11,421 nt of DNA from Desulfobacterales bacterium (GTDB taxonomy: Bacteria > Desulfobacterota > Desulfobacteria > Desulfobacterales > UBA5616), in the NCBI GenBank assembly GCA_046483495.1, contig JAWODC010000008.1:1-11421 (forward strand). Reading direction: 5' to 3'. Each line of letters begins with the position of its first letter. Within the stretch, counting starts at the first letter, position 1. A program made the translations under genes and the position numbers. This document shows, in pieces, positions 1-6,836 of the stretch. The notes under the pieces are model-generated. The model made no database searches and was not told the origin of the DNA. It saw only the letters and a program-made list of their open reading frames with translations.

Positions 1-1
1 C

Positions 2-523
2 AGGGATACTTCTGCCGCTATCCGTGGAATTTGGCATTCACCCAAGAGTTTAAAAGCCTGGGAGGGTTTAGGTGTCGCAGCCTTAAGTTGGGCCGCAGTT
101 GGAGATTGGATCAAGGCTGGTAAAAATATTTCTAAAGTTGATGATGTCCTAAAGGAAACTTCCGGTCAAACTAAAAAGGCTACAAATAACGCAGGCATTC
201 AAAATTATTATCCTGAAAACAATGGATTCTTAGGTGTTACAGAAAAAAAATTCTTGATGGAAGGAGATAAAATAGATCGATTCGGCGGTAGCGACTACTC
301 ACGATTTTTTTCGCCGGAAGGTACACCAGGATGGGCTCGTTCGCTTCCATCAGGAAGCGAAAATCAACCCTTGAGAACTTTTGAAGTTTTGAAGCCTTTT
401 GAGGTTGAAAAGGGAACCGTTGCCCCAGCTTTTGGAAAGCTTGGATTAGGTATTCAATATAAATCACCAGTTAAAATGAAAACCCTTATTGACCGAGACA
501 TAATTCGTGAGATAACGCCGTAG
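2..523 (+). CDS. Polymorphic toxin, 3' part (5'-truncated by the window), with C-terminal TNT/DUF4237 NAD+ glycohydrolase domain
   Basis: The frame is open from base 2 to TAG 521-523, longer than the listed 254..523 ORF. TNT motifs: YPENNGFLG, GDKIDRFG, FFSPEGTP, RSLP, FEVLKPFEV, VAPAFG...GIQY. The upstream segment (RD...WEGLGVAALSWAAVGDWIKAGK) resembles a pre-toxin TG-type linker. The region is AT-rich. Confidence 0.9.
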   Translation, partial: RDTSAAIRGIWHSPKSLKAWEGLGVAALSWAAVGDWIKAGKNISKVDDVLKETSGQTKKATNNAGIQNYYPENNGFLGVTEKKFLMEGDKIDRFGGSDYSRFFSPEGTPGWARSLPSGSENQPLRTFEVLKPFEVEKGTVAPAFGKLGLGIQYKSPVKMKTLIDRDIIREITP

Positions 524-532
524 GAATTACCT

Positions 533-715
533 ATGAATGGAGAACACAAAAAATTGAAAGATTGGGTGTTCGAAATAGATGAGATATCTGCAAATGTTTA
601 CAGAATAAGAGGGGTTGATAAAAAAGGAAGGAGCATTGAAAGAACTGGAAGTGATTTAGAAACCCTGCTAAAAAAATGTGAAGCTGATGCAAAGAACCTG
701 GATAGAATGGGATAA
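533..715 (+). CDS. Putative cognate immunity protein (60 aa, family not recognised)
   Basis: Starts 9 nt after the toxin stop. An AGGA SD overlaps the toxin stop codon. Same strand and similar AT-rich composition. The function is inferred from position only. Confidence 0.65.
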   Translation: MNGEHKKLKDWVFEIDEISANVYRIRGVDKKGRSIERTGSDLETLLKKCEADAKNLDRMG

Positions 716-728
716 AGCTTGTCCCCGT

Positions 729-827
729 GGGTTTGGGCATTTGTGCAGGGACGTGGAGGTGTACGGCTCTTACTTCGATTTCGAGGGTGCGGAGATCGAA
801 TACCAGAGCCACAACGTCAAGTCGTGA
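729..827 (+). pseudogene. Possible 3' remnant of an unidentified gene (…DVEVYGSYFDFEGAEIEYQSHNVKS*)
   Basis: Coding-like, GC3-rich codons end at TGA 825-827 with no start. A degenerate homologue (EIGYRSHNVT) lies at about 3468-3497. Confidence 0.3.
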
Positions 828-1123
828 TTCCGGATTAAGTTCCAGGAGTCATTATTGACAGCGGGGAAAAGGGGAAGAAAATTTTTCCCCCTTTCTCACT
901 TAAGGCTTCGCTCCTCATCCCTTAATCACCGGCCGCTTTCATCTTCAAATCCCTTGAACGGTCCGCTTAATGATATTGTCCTGTGTTTTTCGGCTGATGT
1001 CCACGAAATAGGCGCTGTACCCCGCCACCCGGACGATCACCTCCGAGTATTTTTCCGGGCCTTTTTGTGCGGCCCGGAGCGTTTCGTCGGAAACCATGTT
1101 GAACTGGACGTGGTCCAATCCCA
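776..1123. repeat. Direct repeat copy 1: assA 3' end plus downstream region (partner about 3450-3797)
   Basis: 945-1123 aligns without gaps to 3619-3797 with 9 mismatches in 179 nt. 776-944 is clearly but more weakly similar to 3450-3618 (shared GGAGATCG, AGCCACAA, GATTCCGGATTAAGTT, AAAAGGGGAAG, CCCCTTTCTCAC). Confidence 0.95.
866..895 (-). terminator. Intrinsic (probably bidirectional) terminator downstream of the assA C-terminal module
   Basis: GAAAAGGGGAA-loop-TTCCCCCTTTC imperfect hairpin, homologous to 3545-3571. Confidence 0.6.
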
Positions 1124-1124
1124 T
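945..1124 (-). CDS. Stand-alone glycyl-radical domain of AssA (59 aa): GrcA-like mini-protein or truncated assA paralog
   Basis: ATG at 1124 gives MGLDHVQFNMVSDETLRAAQKGPEKYSEVIVRVAGYSAYFVDISRKTQDNIIKRTVQGI*. The RVAGY radical motif is intact. The first 36 aa of the listed 95-aa ORF are mostly IS-end sequence. Homology to assA is certain; expression is not. Confidence 0.6.
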   Translation of the reverse strand: MGLDHVQFNMVSDETLRAAQKGPEKYSEVIVRVAGYSAYFVDISRKTQDNIIKRTVQGI

Positions 1125-1251
1125 AGATAAACCTGTGTTCGACAGTGATAGGCATGTTTTCACGAAAATTACGTTATAAGCCCTTGAAATCACGTGTCCC
1201 GGTCTCTTCTGAGGTTCAAAAGTAATAGGCACACGTATTATTATATTAACC

Positions 1252-1281
1252 TTGACATGGAATTTAATACATGCTTAATAG
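1252..1281 (+). promoter_or_regulatory. Candidate sigma70 promoter for the transposase
   Basis: Perfect TTGACA at 1252-1257. Only a weak AT-rich -10 (TTAATA/TAATAG, about 1275-1281) just before the ATG at 1288. Confidence 0.4.
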
Positions 1282-1287
1282 ATAGGC

Positions 1288-2922
1288 ATGTACATACGAA
1301 CCATCAAACGCAAAAATAAAGACGGCTCCGTGGTAGAATACGTCCAACTGGCCCATAATGTCTGGAACAAGGAAAAAGGCTTTGCACAAGCCCAAGTAAT
1401 CCATTCGTTCGGTCGGCGCGAAGAGTTGGACATCGATGCACTGAAGCGGCTTATTAAAAGCGTCAGCCGATTTTTGGATCCCGAGGATGCCATTAGACTG
1501 GAGCATCAGAGCGAGGACCTCAAGTTTGTCAGTTCCCGTCCGGCCGGGGGCGCCTATCTGTTAAGGGCGCTGTGGGATCAGCTTCATCTTGAAAAATGCA
1601 TTGAGAAAGCACTCCATCAGAGATCTTTTACGTCGCCCATTTCGGATGCCCTTTTTGCGATGGTGGCCAATCGGGCCCTTGCGCCTTCCTCTAAACTGGC
1701 TATTGAACAATGGGCCGGCGAAGAAGTCTATCTGGGCAATGAACAGCCGCTTCAGGTTCAGCATTGTTACCGGGCCATGGATTTTCTGCTGGAGCATGCC
1801 GAGACGGTTCAAAAAGAAGTCTTCTGGTCTACGGCGAGTTTATTGAACTTAACCGTGGATTTGATCTTTTTCGATACGACCAACACCTATTTCGAGATTG
1901 AAGAGCCCGGACCGTCGGAACTCAAGTCCTACGGTAAATCCAAACACAAGCGCGACGATGTGCCCCAGGTGACCATCGGTCTTGCTGTCACCCGCGAAGG
2001 CATACCCGTCCGATGCTGGATTCTGCCGGGCAATCAGCACGACTCCAAATGCGTGGATCAGGTTCAAAAAGATCTTAACAGCTGGAACCTGGGACGCGTG
2101 GTCTGGGTCATGGACCGCGGGATGAGCAGCGAAGAGAACCAGAAAATTCTGCAGCGTGCCGGCGGCCAATACATCCTGGGCGAGAAGCTTCGGGGCAACC
2201 ACCTCAATGAAGCAGCCTTGGCTCATCCGGGCCGCTTCAAGGTCCTTGCAGACAACCTGCACATCAAAGAAGTCTTTGCCGGTGAAGATACAGGCCGTCG
2301 CCGCTACGTGATCGCCTATAATCCCGAACAGGCCGAATATGACCGCATCCATCGGGAGCAAATCCTGGATCGATTGAACTGTGAACTCAAGGTTCTCAAC
2401 AAAAAGCGCAAAACCAAAGCCCAGTGCAAGGTGATGCTGCACCAGTCGATGGGACGCTATGTCAAAGAGCTTAAAAACGGCACCCTGAAAATCGACAAGG
2501 CCAAAGTCAAGCAGGAAGAAAAGCTTGACGGAAAATATCTGCTTTCCACTTCCGATCAGCATTTGTCCGCCGAGGATATCGCTCTGGGTTACAAGCAGCT
2601 GATGGAAGTCGAACGCGCCTTTCGCACACTAAAAAGCACGCTGTGCCTTCGGCCGGTGTATCATTCCAAAGACGACCGCATCCGATCTCACGTGATGATT
2701 TGCTGGCTGGCCCTTTTGCTGGTCCGCATTGCCGAGGTGGAAACCGGACTGACTTGGCCGAAGATTCGCCGCAAAATGCAGCAACTAAATTTGATCGAAT
2801 TTTTTGACCAAAATGGGCGTATTCTACAGCACACTGAACTCACTCATGATCAACGCAATATATTGAACAAATTGAAAATAAAGCCTCCTAAGCGCGTCTT
2901 GAAAGTGGATTTGAACGCCTAA
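1288..2922 (+). CDS. IS1634-family DDE transposase (544 aa)
   Basis: N-terminus MYIRTIKRKNKDGSVVEYVQLAHN; catalytic motifs FFDTT, VMDRG, VERAFRTLK; also YGKSKHKRDD.PQV and LRPVYH...RIRSHV. Confidence 0.95.
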   Translation: MYIRTIKRKNKDGSVVEYVQLAHNVWNKEKGFAQAQVIHSFGRREELDIDALKRLIKSVSRFLDPEDAIRLEHQSEDLKFVSSRPAGGAYLLRALWDQLHLEKCIEKALHQRSFTSPISDALFAMVANRALAPSSKLAIEQWAGEEVYLGNEQPLQVQHCYRAMDFLLEHAETVQKEVFWSTASLLNLTVDLIFFDTTNTYFEIEEPGPSELKSYGKSKHKRDDVPQVTIGLAVTREGIPVRCWILPGNQHDSKCVDQVQKDLNSWNLGRVVWVMDRGMSSEENQKILQRAGGQYILGEKLRGNHLNEAALAHPGRFKVLADNLHIKEVFAGEDTGRRRYVIAYNPEQAEYDRIHREQILDRLNCELKVLNKKRKTKAQCKVMLHQSMGRYVKELKNGTLKIDKAKVKQEEKLDGKYLLSTSDQHLSAEDIALGYKQLMEVERAFRTLKSTLCLRPVYHSKDDRIRSHVMICWLALLLVRIAEVETGLTWPKIRRKMQQLNLIEFFDQNGRILQHTELTHDQRNILNKLKIKPPKRVLKVDLNA

Positions 2923-3026
2923 AACCATAGGCACTACGCTGAATTTGATTCATTTTGCAACTTCATGAAATGTATTGGTATTTGCTTTTTTGTTAACCTA
3001 TGACTGTCGAACCCATAAAAAAAAGA

Positions 3027-3223
3027 GGGACGTTCTCAATATTTAAACATTTGCATACACTCGTTCTTTGATATAAAAAAAATGCGTTATGGCAATGATC
3101 GTTCTATAAAAAAGATTTGCAATGTCTGCAAAGGCGGTTGTTCAAACATATCTTAGAGGGAAAAAGATAACCTCGGAAAATTAATTGAGTTTGGAGCAAA
3201 TGTTTAAATATTGAGAACGTCCC
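3027..3223 (+). mobile_element. MITE-like non-autonomous element with perfect 28-bp terminal inverted repeats
   Basis: GGGACGTTCTCAATATTTAAACATTTGC (3027-3054) is the exact reverse complement of 3196-3223. The interior is AT-rich and carries a degenerate HTH-like reading frame. Confidence 0.75.
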
Positions 3224-3232
3224 CTTTTTAAA

Positions 3233-3255
3233 CATGCGGGAGTGTGGATTGAAAC
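3233..3255 (+). CRISPR. Solitary 5'-truncated type I-C-like CRISPR repeat (no array)
   Basis: CATGCGGGAGTGTGGATTGAAAC matches the 3' 23 nt of the I-C repeat pattern GTCGCTCCCCATGCGGGAGCGTGGATTGAAAC (recalled). No second repeat and no cas gene in the window. Confidence 0.55.
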
Positions 3256-3313
3256 AATTGATTTGCGGTCGATCCTGACGATTTCCGAGGAATTTTAGAC
3301 ATGGGAAATAAGC

Positions 3314-3425
3314 GGGTCATTCTCAAGATTTAAACATTTGCTTCCACTCGTCTTGAATATAAACAGGGTACGGGGGGCGATATTGTCCGGGAGACAAAAA
3401 GATAATCTCAAAAAAATAACTGGAT
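3314..3425 (+). repeat. Second, degenerate and partial copy of the MITE-like element
   Basis: GGGTCATTCTCAAGATTTAAACATTTGCTTCCACTCGTCTTGAATATAAA resembles 3027-3077. AAAAAGATAATCTCAAAAAAATAACTG resembles 3161-3187. The right IR is missing. Confidence 0.7.
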
Positions 3426-3544
3426 AGCGGGTTGCACCGGTGCAGGTGGCGATTTCAATGCTGCCTGGAGATCGGCTATAGAAGCCACAATGTCACGCCG
3501 GGATTCCGGATTAAGTTGGAGGCGGCAATTCTGACAAGCAAGTA

Positions 3545-3571
3545 AAAGGGGAAGGTATTTTCTTCCCCTTT
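3545..3571 (-). terminator. Intrinsic terminator of assA (probably bidirectional)
   Basis: Perfect 10-bp stem AAAGGGGAAG / CTTCCCCTTT with a 7-nt loop, about 47 nt after the assA stop. Confidence 0.75.
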
Positions 3572-3618
3572 CTCACCTATGACTTCACTGATCTCCTAAT
3601 CGCCGGTCCCCTTCATCA

Positions 3619-6114
3619 TCAAATCCCCTGAACAGTCCGCTGAATAATATTATCCTGTGTTTTTCGGCTGATGTCCACGAAATGGGCGCTGTAACCCGCC
3701 ACCCGCACGATCACCTCCGAGTATTTTTCCGGGTCTTTTTGTGCGGCCCGGAGCGTTTCGTCGGAAACCATGTTGAACTGGACGTGGTCCAATCCCAGAT
3801 CGGCCCAGGTCTTCATGTAGGCCCGCCAGAGCTGGTAGCCTTTCTCCCCCTTGAGCTGGGTGGGGGATAATCGCTGGTTTAAGAGAAAAGCCCGTCCGTC
3901 CGTGACGTGGTCGATTTTGCCGCAGGACTTCAGCACGGCGGTGGGGCCTTTCTTGTCCAGGCCCGGTCCGGGTGATATGCCGCCGTCGTACAGGGCGTCG
4001 CCGAGACGCCGGCCGTTGGGCAGCGCGCCCACGATACTGGAGTAGTGGATATTTCCGCTTACGTTCTCCGGAAGGATCGGCCAGCTGTTGCCGCTGGGGT
4101 CCTTGAGATTCCGGGAAACCCTTGCACATTCCCTCAGGCAGCGCAGCATGATCTCATCCACGTCGTCGTCGTCGTTGCCCCATTTGGGTGCGTTGTTGAC
4201 GAAGTCGAGCCGCATCTCTTCGTACCCTTCCCAGTTGGCCTTCAGCGCTTCCATCAGCTGCGCCATGGTGTATTTCTTTTCGTCGAAAACCAGCTTTTTC
4301 ACCGCCGCCAGGCTGTCCGGGTTTTCCACCCAGGTGAACGCGGTGATCCAGGCGTTGCCCCGCTCCCCGTCGGGCCGCATCACGTCGATTCCACGTTCGA
4401 CCGCCCGTTCGGAAATGGCGGACAAAAACGGCCGCGGCGCCACATCGGACTGCACGTACCGGGCGAAGTTCACCGTCCGGGTGAGAAGGCTGAACAGCCA
4501 CTCCATCTGGGTGACCCATGCCTGAAACAGCTGCTCGAAATCGGTGAAGGCGGCGGCATCGCCCGTTTTCGGCCCCATCTGCATGTTGACGACGTGATCG
4601 TATCCGTTCCAGAGAGCGTACTCCATGATTTTGGCGCAGTTGGCCGTGGCCGAGGCCATCCGCATCGGCTGGGTTCCGTTTTTGGTGGTGGGACAGGGGG
4701 ACATGCAGGCCTGGTGCACCCAGGTCCTGGCCTCTTCCACCGGATGCCTGTGCCAGTGCATGGCATTGGCGATCAGAACCGGGTCGTTTCTCATGGCCGG
4801 ATATCCCAGACCGTGTCGAATGCATTCGAAAATCTCCCGCATGACCTCGTCCTTGACCTTGGGATGCCAACGGAATGCAAATGTGGGGTTCGGGGTCCGG
4901 ACCAGGCGTGCCGCCTGCATGAAGGCGACGGTCAGGTCGTTGCAGGCATCCGATCCGTCCGGCTTTATGCCGCCCAGTGTCCACACCCAGGTGCCGGCAA
5001 TACCCTGCAGCCCCTCCCGCCCCCACCGGGAAGCAGTCACCGATGTGGGTATATCGAAAGCCCGGATCAAAAATTCGCCGATCAGATCCATGGCCTGTTC
5101 CCGGGTCAGGTTCTTTTCGATGTTGACGTCCTTGTCGTAATAGGGCCAGTGGTAGTAATCCGGTCGTGCGGGCCAGGCCCCTTCACGCTGCTCCATCCGC
5201 GCCATCACCTGGATGAAATGATCGAACTGGAGCGACTCCTGGAAGCTCTGGGGCGGCTTGGCCGGAACGCGCTCGCAGACGGCGGCGGTGCGGAGAAGCT
5301 CTTCCTTCCGGTAGGGATCGCTTTCGAAGTTTTCGGCGATGATGCGGGCCAGCCGACTGTAGCGCCGGGCGAGCCGGATGCCTGCCTCGAGCATGATCTT
5401 CATGGCCTCCCAGTTGATGATCTTCTTGTACAGGGGCAGGATGTCCGGGCCTGCCCAGCCCTGGATTTGGTTTTCGGCGTCCTCGATCTTCTCATCGATC
5501 TCCGCGATGATATCCTCGAACCCGCGCTTTCCCGTCAAAAAGTATTCATAATTCTTGCCGGAGTAGCCGCCGATCAGACTCCCCCACGCAATGGCGCCGG
5601 AATGGAACTTGGCCATGTCCTCCGGGTCCCCCATATCCACCAGCTTTTTGATGGGATCGCCTTCGGCGTTCCAGAATTCTCCCACCTCGTTGACGATCTT
5701 CAGGGATTCGCTCAAGGGCTCGGGAAGGATCTCCGGGTAATTGTAAACCATGGCATTGGCCATTCCGCCGGCTCCGAGCCAGGCCTCAGTTGAAGGACTG
5801 GGCGTGATGGACCCCACGATCTGGGACTGATCCACGATGTAAATCCGGCCGGCATCCCACATGGCCGCGTGGATCTTCGCCACCTTCAGGCTTTCCGGTT
5901 CTCTTTTGAATTGCTTGTAAAAATCGATGCGTTGGAGAGCGGGTTCAAGATCCAGCTTTATCGGGGAAATGGGGGCGCCGCCCGTGGACCCCTTCCGCCA
6001 AACGGCCTTACGGAGGTAGTCCAGCCTTTTGGAGCGCTTCCGCTCGGCGGCCCACCACCACTGCTCGTTGCTCTCGAATTGTTCGATCTTTTTTTCAACA
6101 GACGGTTCTGCCAT
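3619..6114 (-). CDS. assA: Alkylsuccinate synthase / (1-methylalkyl)succinate synthase alpha subunit (glycyl radical fumarate-adding enzyme), 831 aa
   Basis: AssA/MasD-type motifs: QWWW.AE.KRSKRLDYLRK, EGAWPARPDYYH, GTWVWTLGG, Cys loop WVHQACMSPCP (Cys470), QPMRMASATAN, LPENVSGNIHY, and Gly loop RVAGYSAHF (Gly807). Strong SD AAAGGAGG 6 nt upstream. GC-rich. Confidence 0.93.
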   Translation of the reverse strand: MAEPSVEKKIEQFESNEQWWWAAERKRSKRLDYLRKAVWRKGSTGGAPISPIKLDLEPALQRIDFYKQFKREPESLKVAKIHAAMWDAGRIYIVDQSQIVGSITPSPSTEAWLGAGGMANAMVYNYPEILPEPLSESLKIVNEVGEFWNAEGDPIKKLVDMGDPEDMAKFHSGAIAWGSLIGGYSGKNYEYFLTGKRGFEDIIAEIDEKIEDAENQIQGWAGPDILPLYKKIINWEAMKIMLEAGIRLARRYSRLARIIAENFESDPYRKEELLRTAAVCERVPAKPPQSFQESLQFDHFIQVMARMEQREGAWPARPDYYHWPYYDKDVNIEKNLTREQAMDLIGEFLIRAFDIPTSVTASRWGREGLQGIAGTWVWTLGGIKPDGSDACNDLTVAFMQAARLVRTPNPTFAFRWHPKVKDEVMREIFECIRHGLGYPAMRNDPVLIANAMHWHRHPVEEARTWVHQACMSPCPTTKNGTQPMRMASATANCAKIMEYALWNGYDHVVNMQMGPKTGDAAAFTDFEQLFQAWVTQMEWLFSLLTRTVNFARYVQSDVAPRPFLSAISERAVERGIDVMRPDGERGNAWITAFTWVENPDSLAAVKKLVFDEKKYTMAQLMEALKANWEGYEEMRLDFVNNAPKWGNDDDDVDEIMLRCLRECARVSRNLKDPSGNSWPILPENVSGNIHYSSIVGALPNGRRLGDALYDGGISPGPGLDKKGPTAVLKSCGKIDHVTDGRAFLLNQRLSPTQLKGEKGYQLWRAYMKTWADLGLDHVQFNMVSDETLRAAQKDPEKYSEVIVRVAGYSAHFVDISRKTQDNIIQRTVQGI

Positions 6115-6572
6115 GATGTCCCTCCTTTACAAGGTGTTGGATGGATAAATCCGGGTTCAGCCGGAGAGGGCCGAATGCTCGATTCGAAATGATACCCTCG
6201 ATTGGCCAAAAACGATGCAAAAGCGGCCGGTCGGGCTTCGATCGCAGAACGGATGAATTTGGAGGAGCATCAGGCTGAGCTGTGAGTTTATGCCGGAAAC
6301 GGTTGTATTGGGAGAGCGTGAAGGCCGGCGTCTAATCGCGGCATCGATAGCGGTAAAGAAGGAAGAAGAATTGAGCGGTTGTCGCGCGGTCAGGCGGAGG
6401 GCCGGGACGTTTGCCTTTGCATGATTGCCTCCAAACGGGATTGCGTCATCCCCTCCGGAGGCCTTTCGGGCATACTTTCAAGCATGCTTTCATGAATCAT
6501 CCTCCCCATCAGGTCATTCCTGTAAGGTCATATAGATAACTCATTAAACACCGAATTCTCTGTTTAGTCAAT

Positions 6573-6602
6573 AAAAATACGGATGCACAAAAATACGGAT
6601 GC
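6573..6602. repeat. 14-bp direct repeat AAAAATACGGATGC x2 (16-nt period)
   Basis: Exact copies at 6573-6586 and 6589-6602. Confidence 0.85.
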
Positions 6603-6836
6603 GCGGCCGAAAGGTCGGATGTCGAAAATATTGAATGGCCCTCTATAGTTTTGATCGTCAGGATCGTTTAGAGCGTTCAGGGCGCGTTCTAAACGAACAT
6701 GACAGTCCCAGCTCAACAATCCTGAAAAGGATGACCGCGATCCAATCAAGGGATTAAGTAAAGCATATACATTCAATCACCCATTCACAGCTAATAAAAG
6801 TTTGTCATACGATTCGAATCTTTAGAAGGGGGTGCT

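Larger units (their letters stand above)
1132..3015 (+). mobile_element. IS1634-family insertion sequence
   Basis: Terminal IRs: TGTGTTCGACAGTGATAGG (1134-1152) against the reverse complement of 2997-3015, TGGGTTCGACAGTCATAGG (17/19). The left end starts CC at 1132. Possible target duplication (A)TAAA at 1127-1131 and 3015-3019. Contains one DDE transposase. Confidence 0.88.

Noticed and set aside
1125..1232. N-terminal 36 aa of the listed 95-aa ORF
   Set aside because: Lies almost entirely in the non-coding IS end and IR, with no homology to AssA.
1561..2562. Alternative ORFs within the transposase
   Set aside because: Antisense or out-of-frame shadows.
3433..3444. Perfect palindrome TGCACCGGTGCA
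   Set aside because: A single occurrence downstream of a terminator, with no supporting context.
945..3797. Diversity-generating retroelement TR/VR pair
   Set aside because: The mismatches are not adenine-specific in either copy and are mostly synonymous. There is no reverse transcriptase in the window.
3650..6209. Long overlapping ORFs on assA (e.g. 4045..5793 +, 4154..5026 -)
   Set aside because: Shadow frames of a GC3-rich gene, with no recognisable motifs.
6214..6235. Sigma54 promoter for assA
   Set aside because: The GG and GC elements are 8 nt apart rather than the required 10.
6330..6480. c-di-GMP (GEMM) riboswitch upstream of assA
   Set aside because: GGCAAAC is present on the minus strand, but the following GNRA-capped P2 stem and GACGCAAAGC-type junction are absent.
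1123..6539. ATAGATAA at 1123-1130 and 6532-6539 as the target duplication of a large composite element
   Set aside because: An AT-rich 8-mer match is expected by chance, and there is no element end at 6531.
3270..6666. 13-bp inverted match CGATCCTGACGAT (3270-3282 against 6654-6666) as a self-targeting spacer
   Set aside because: The match covers positions 15-27 of the putative spacer, not the seed, and has no TTC PAM. About one 13-mer match is expected by chance in a window of this size.
6564..6776. 70-aa minus-strand ORF
   Set aside because: No recognisable motif or SD, and it runs through the tandem repeat.
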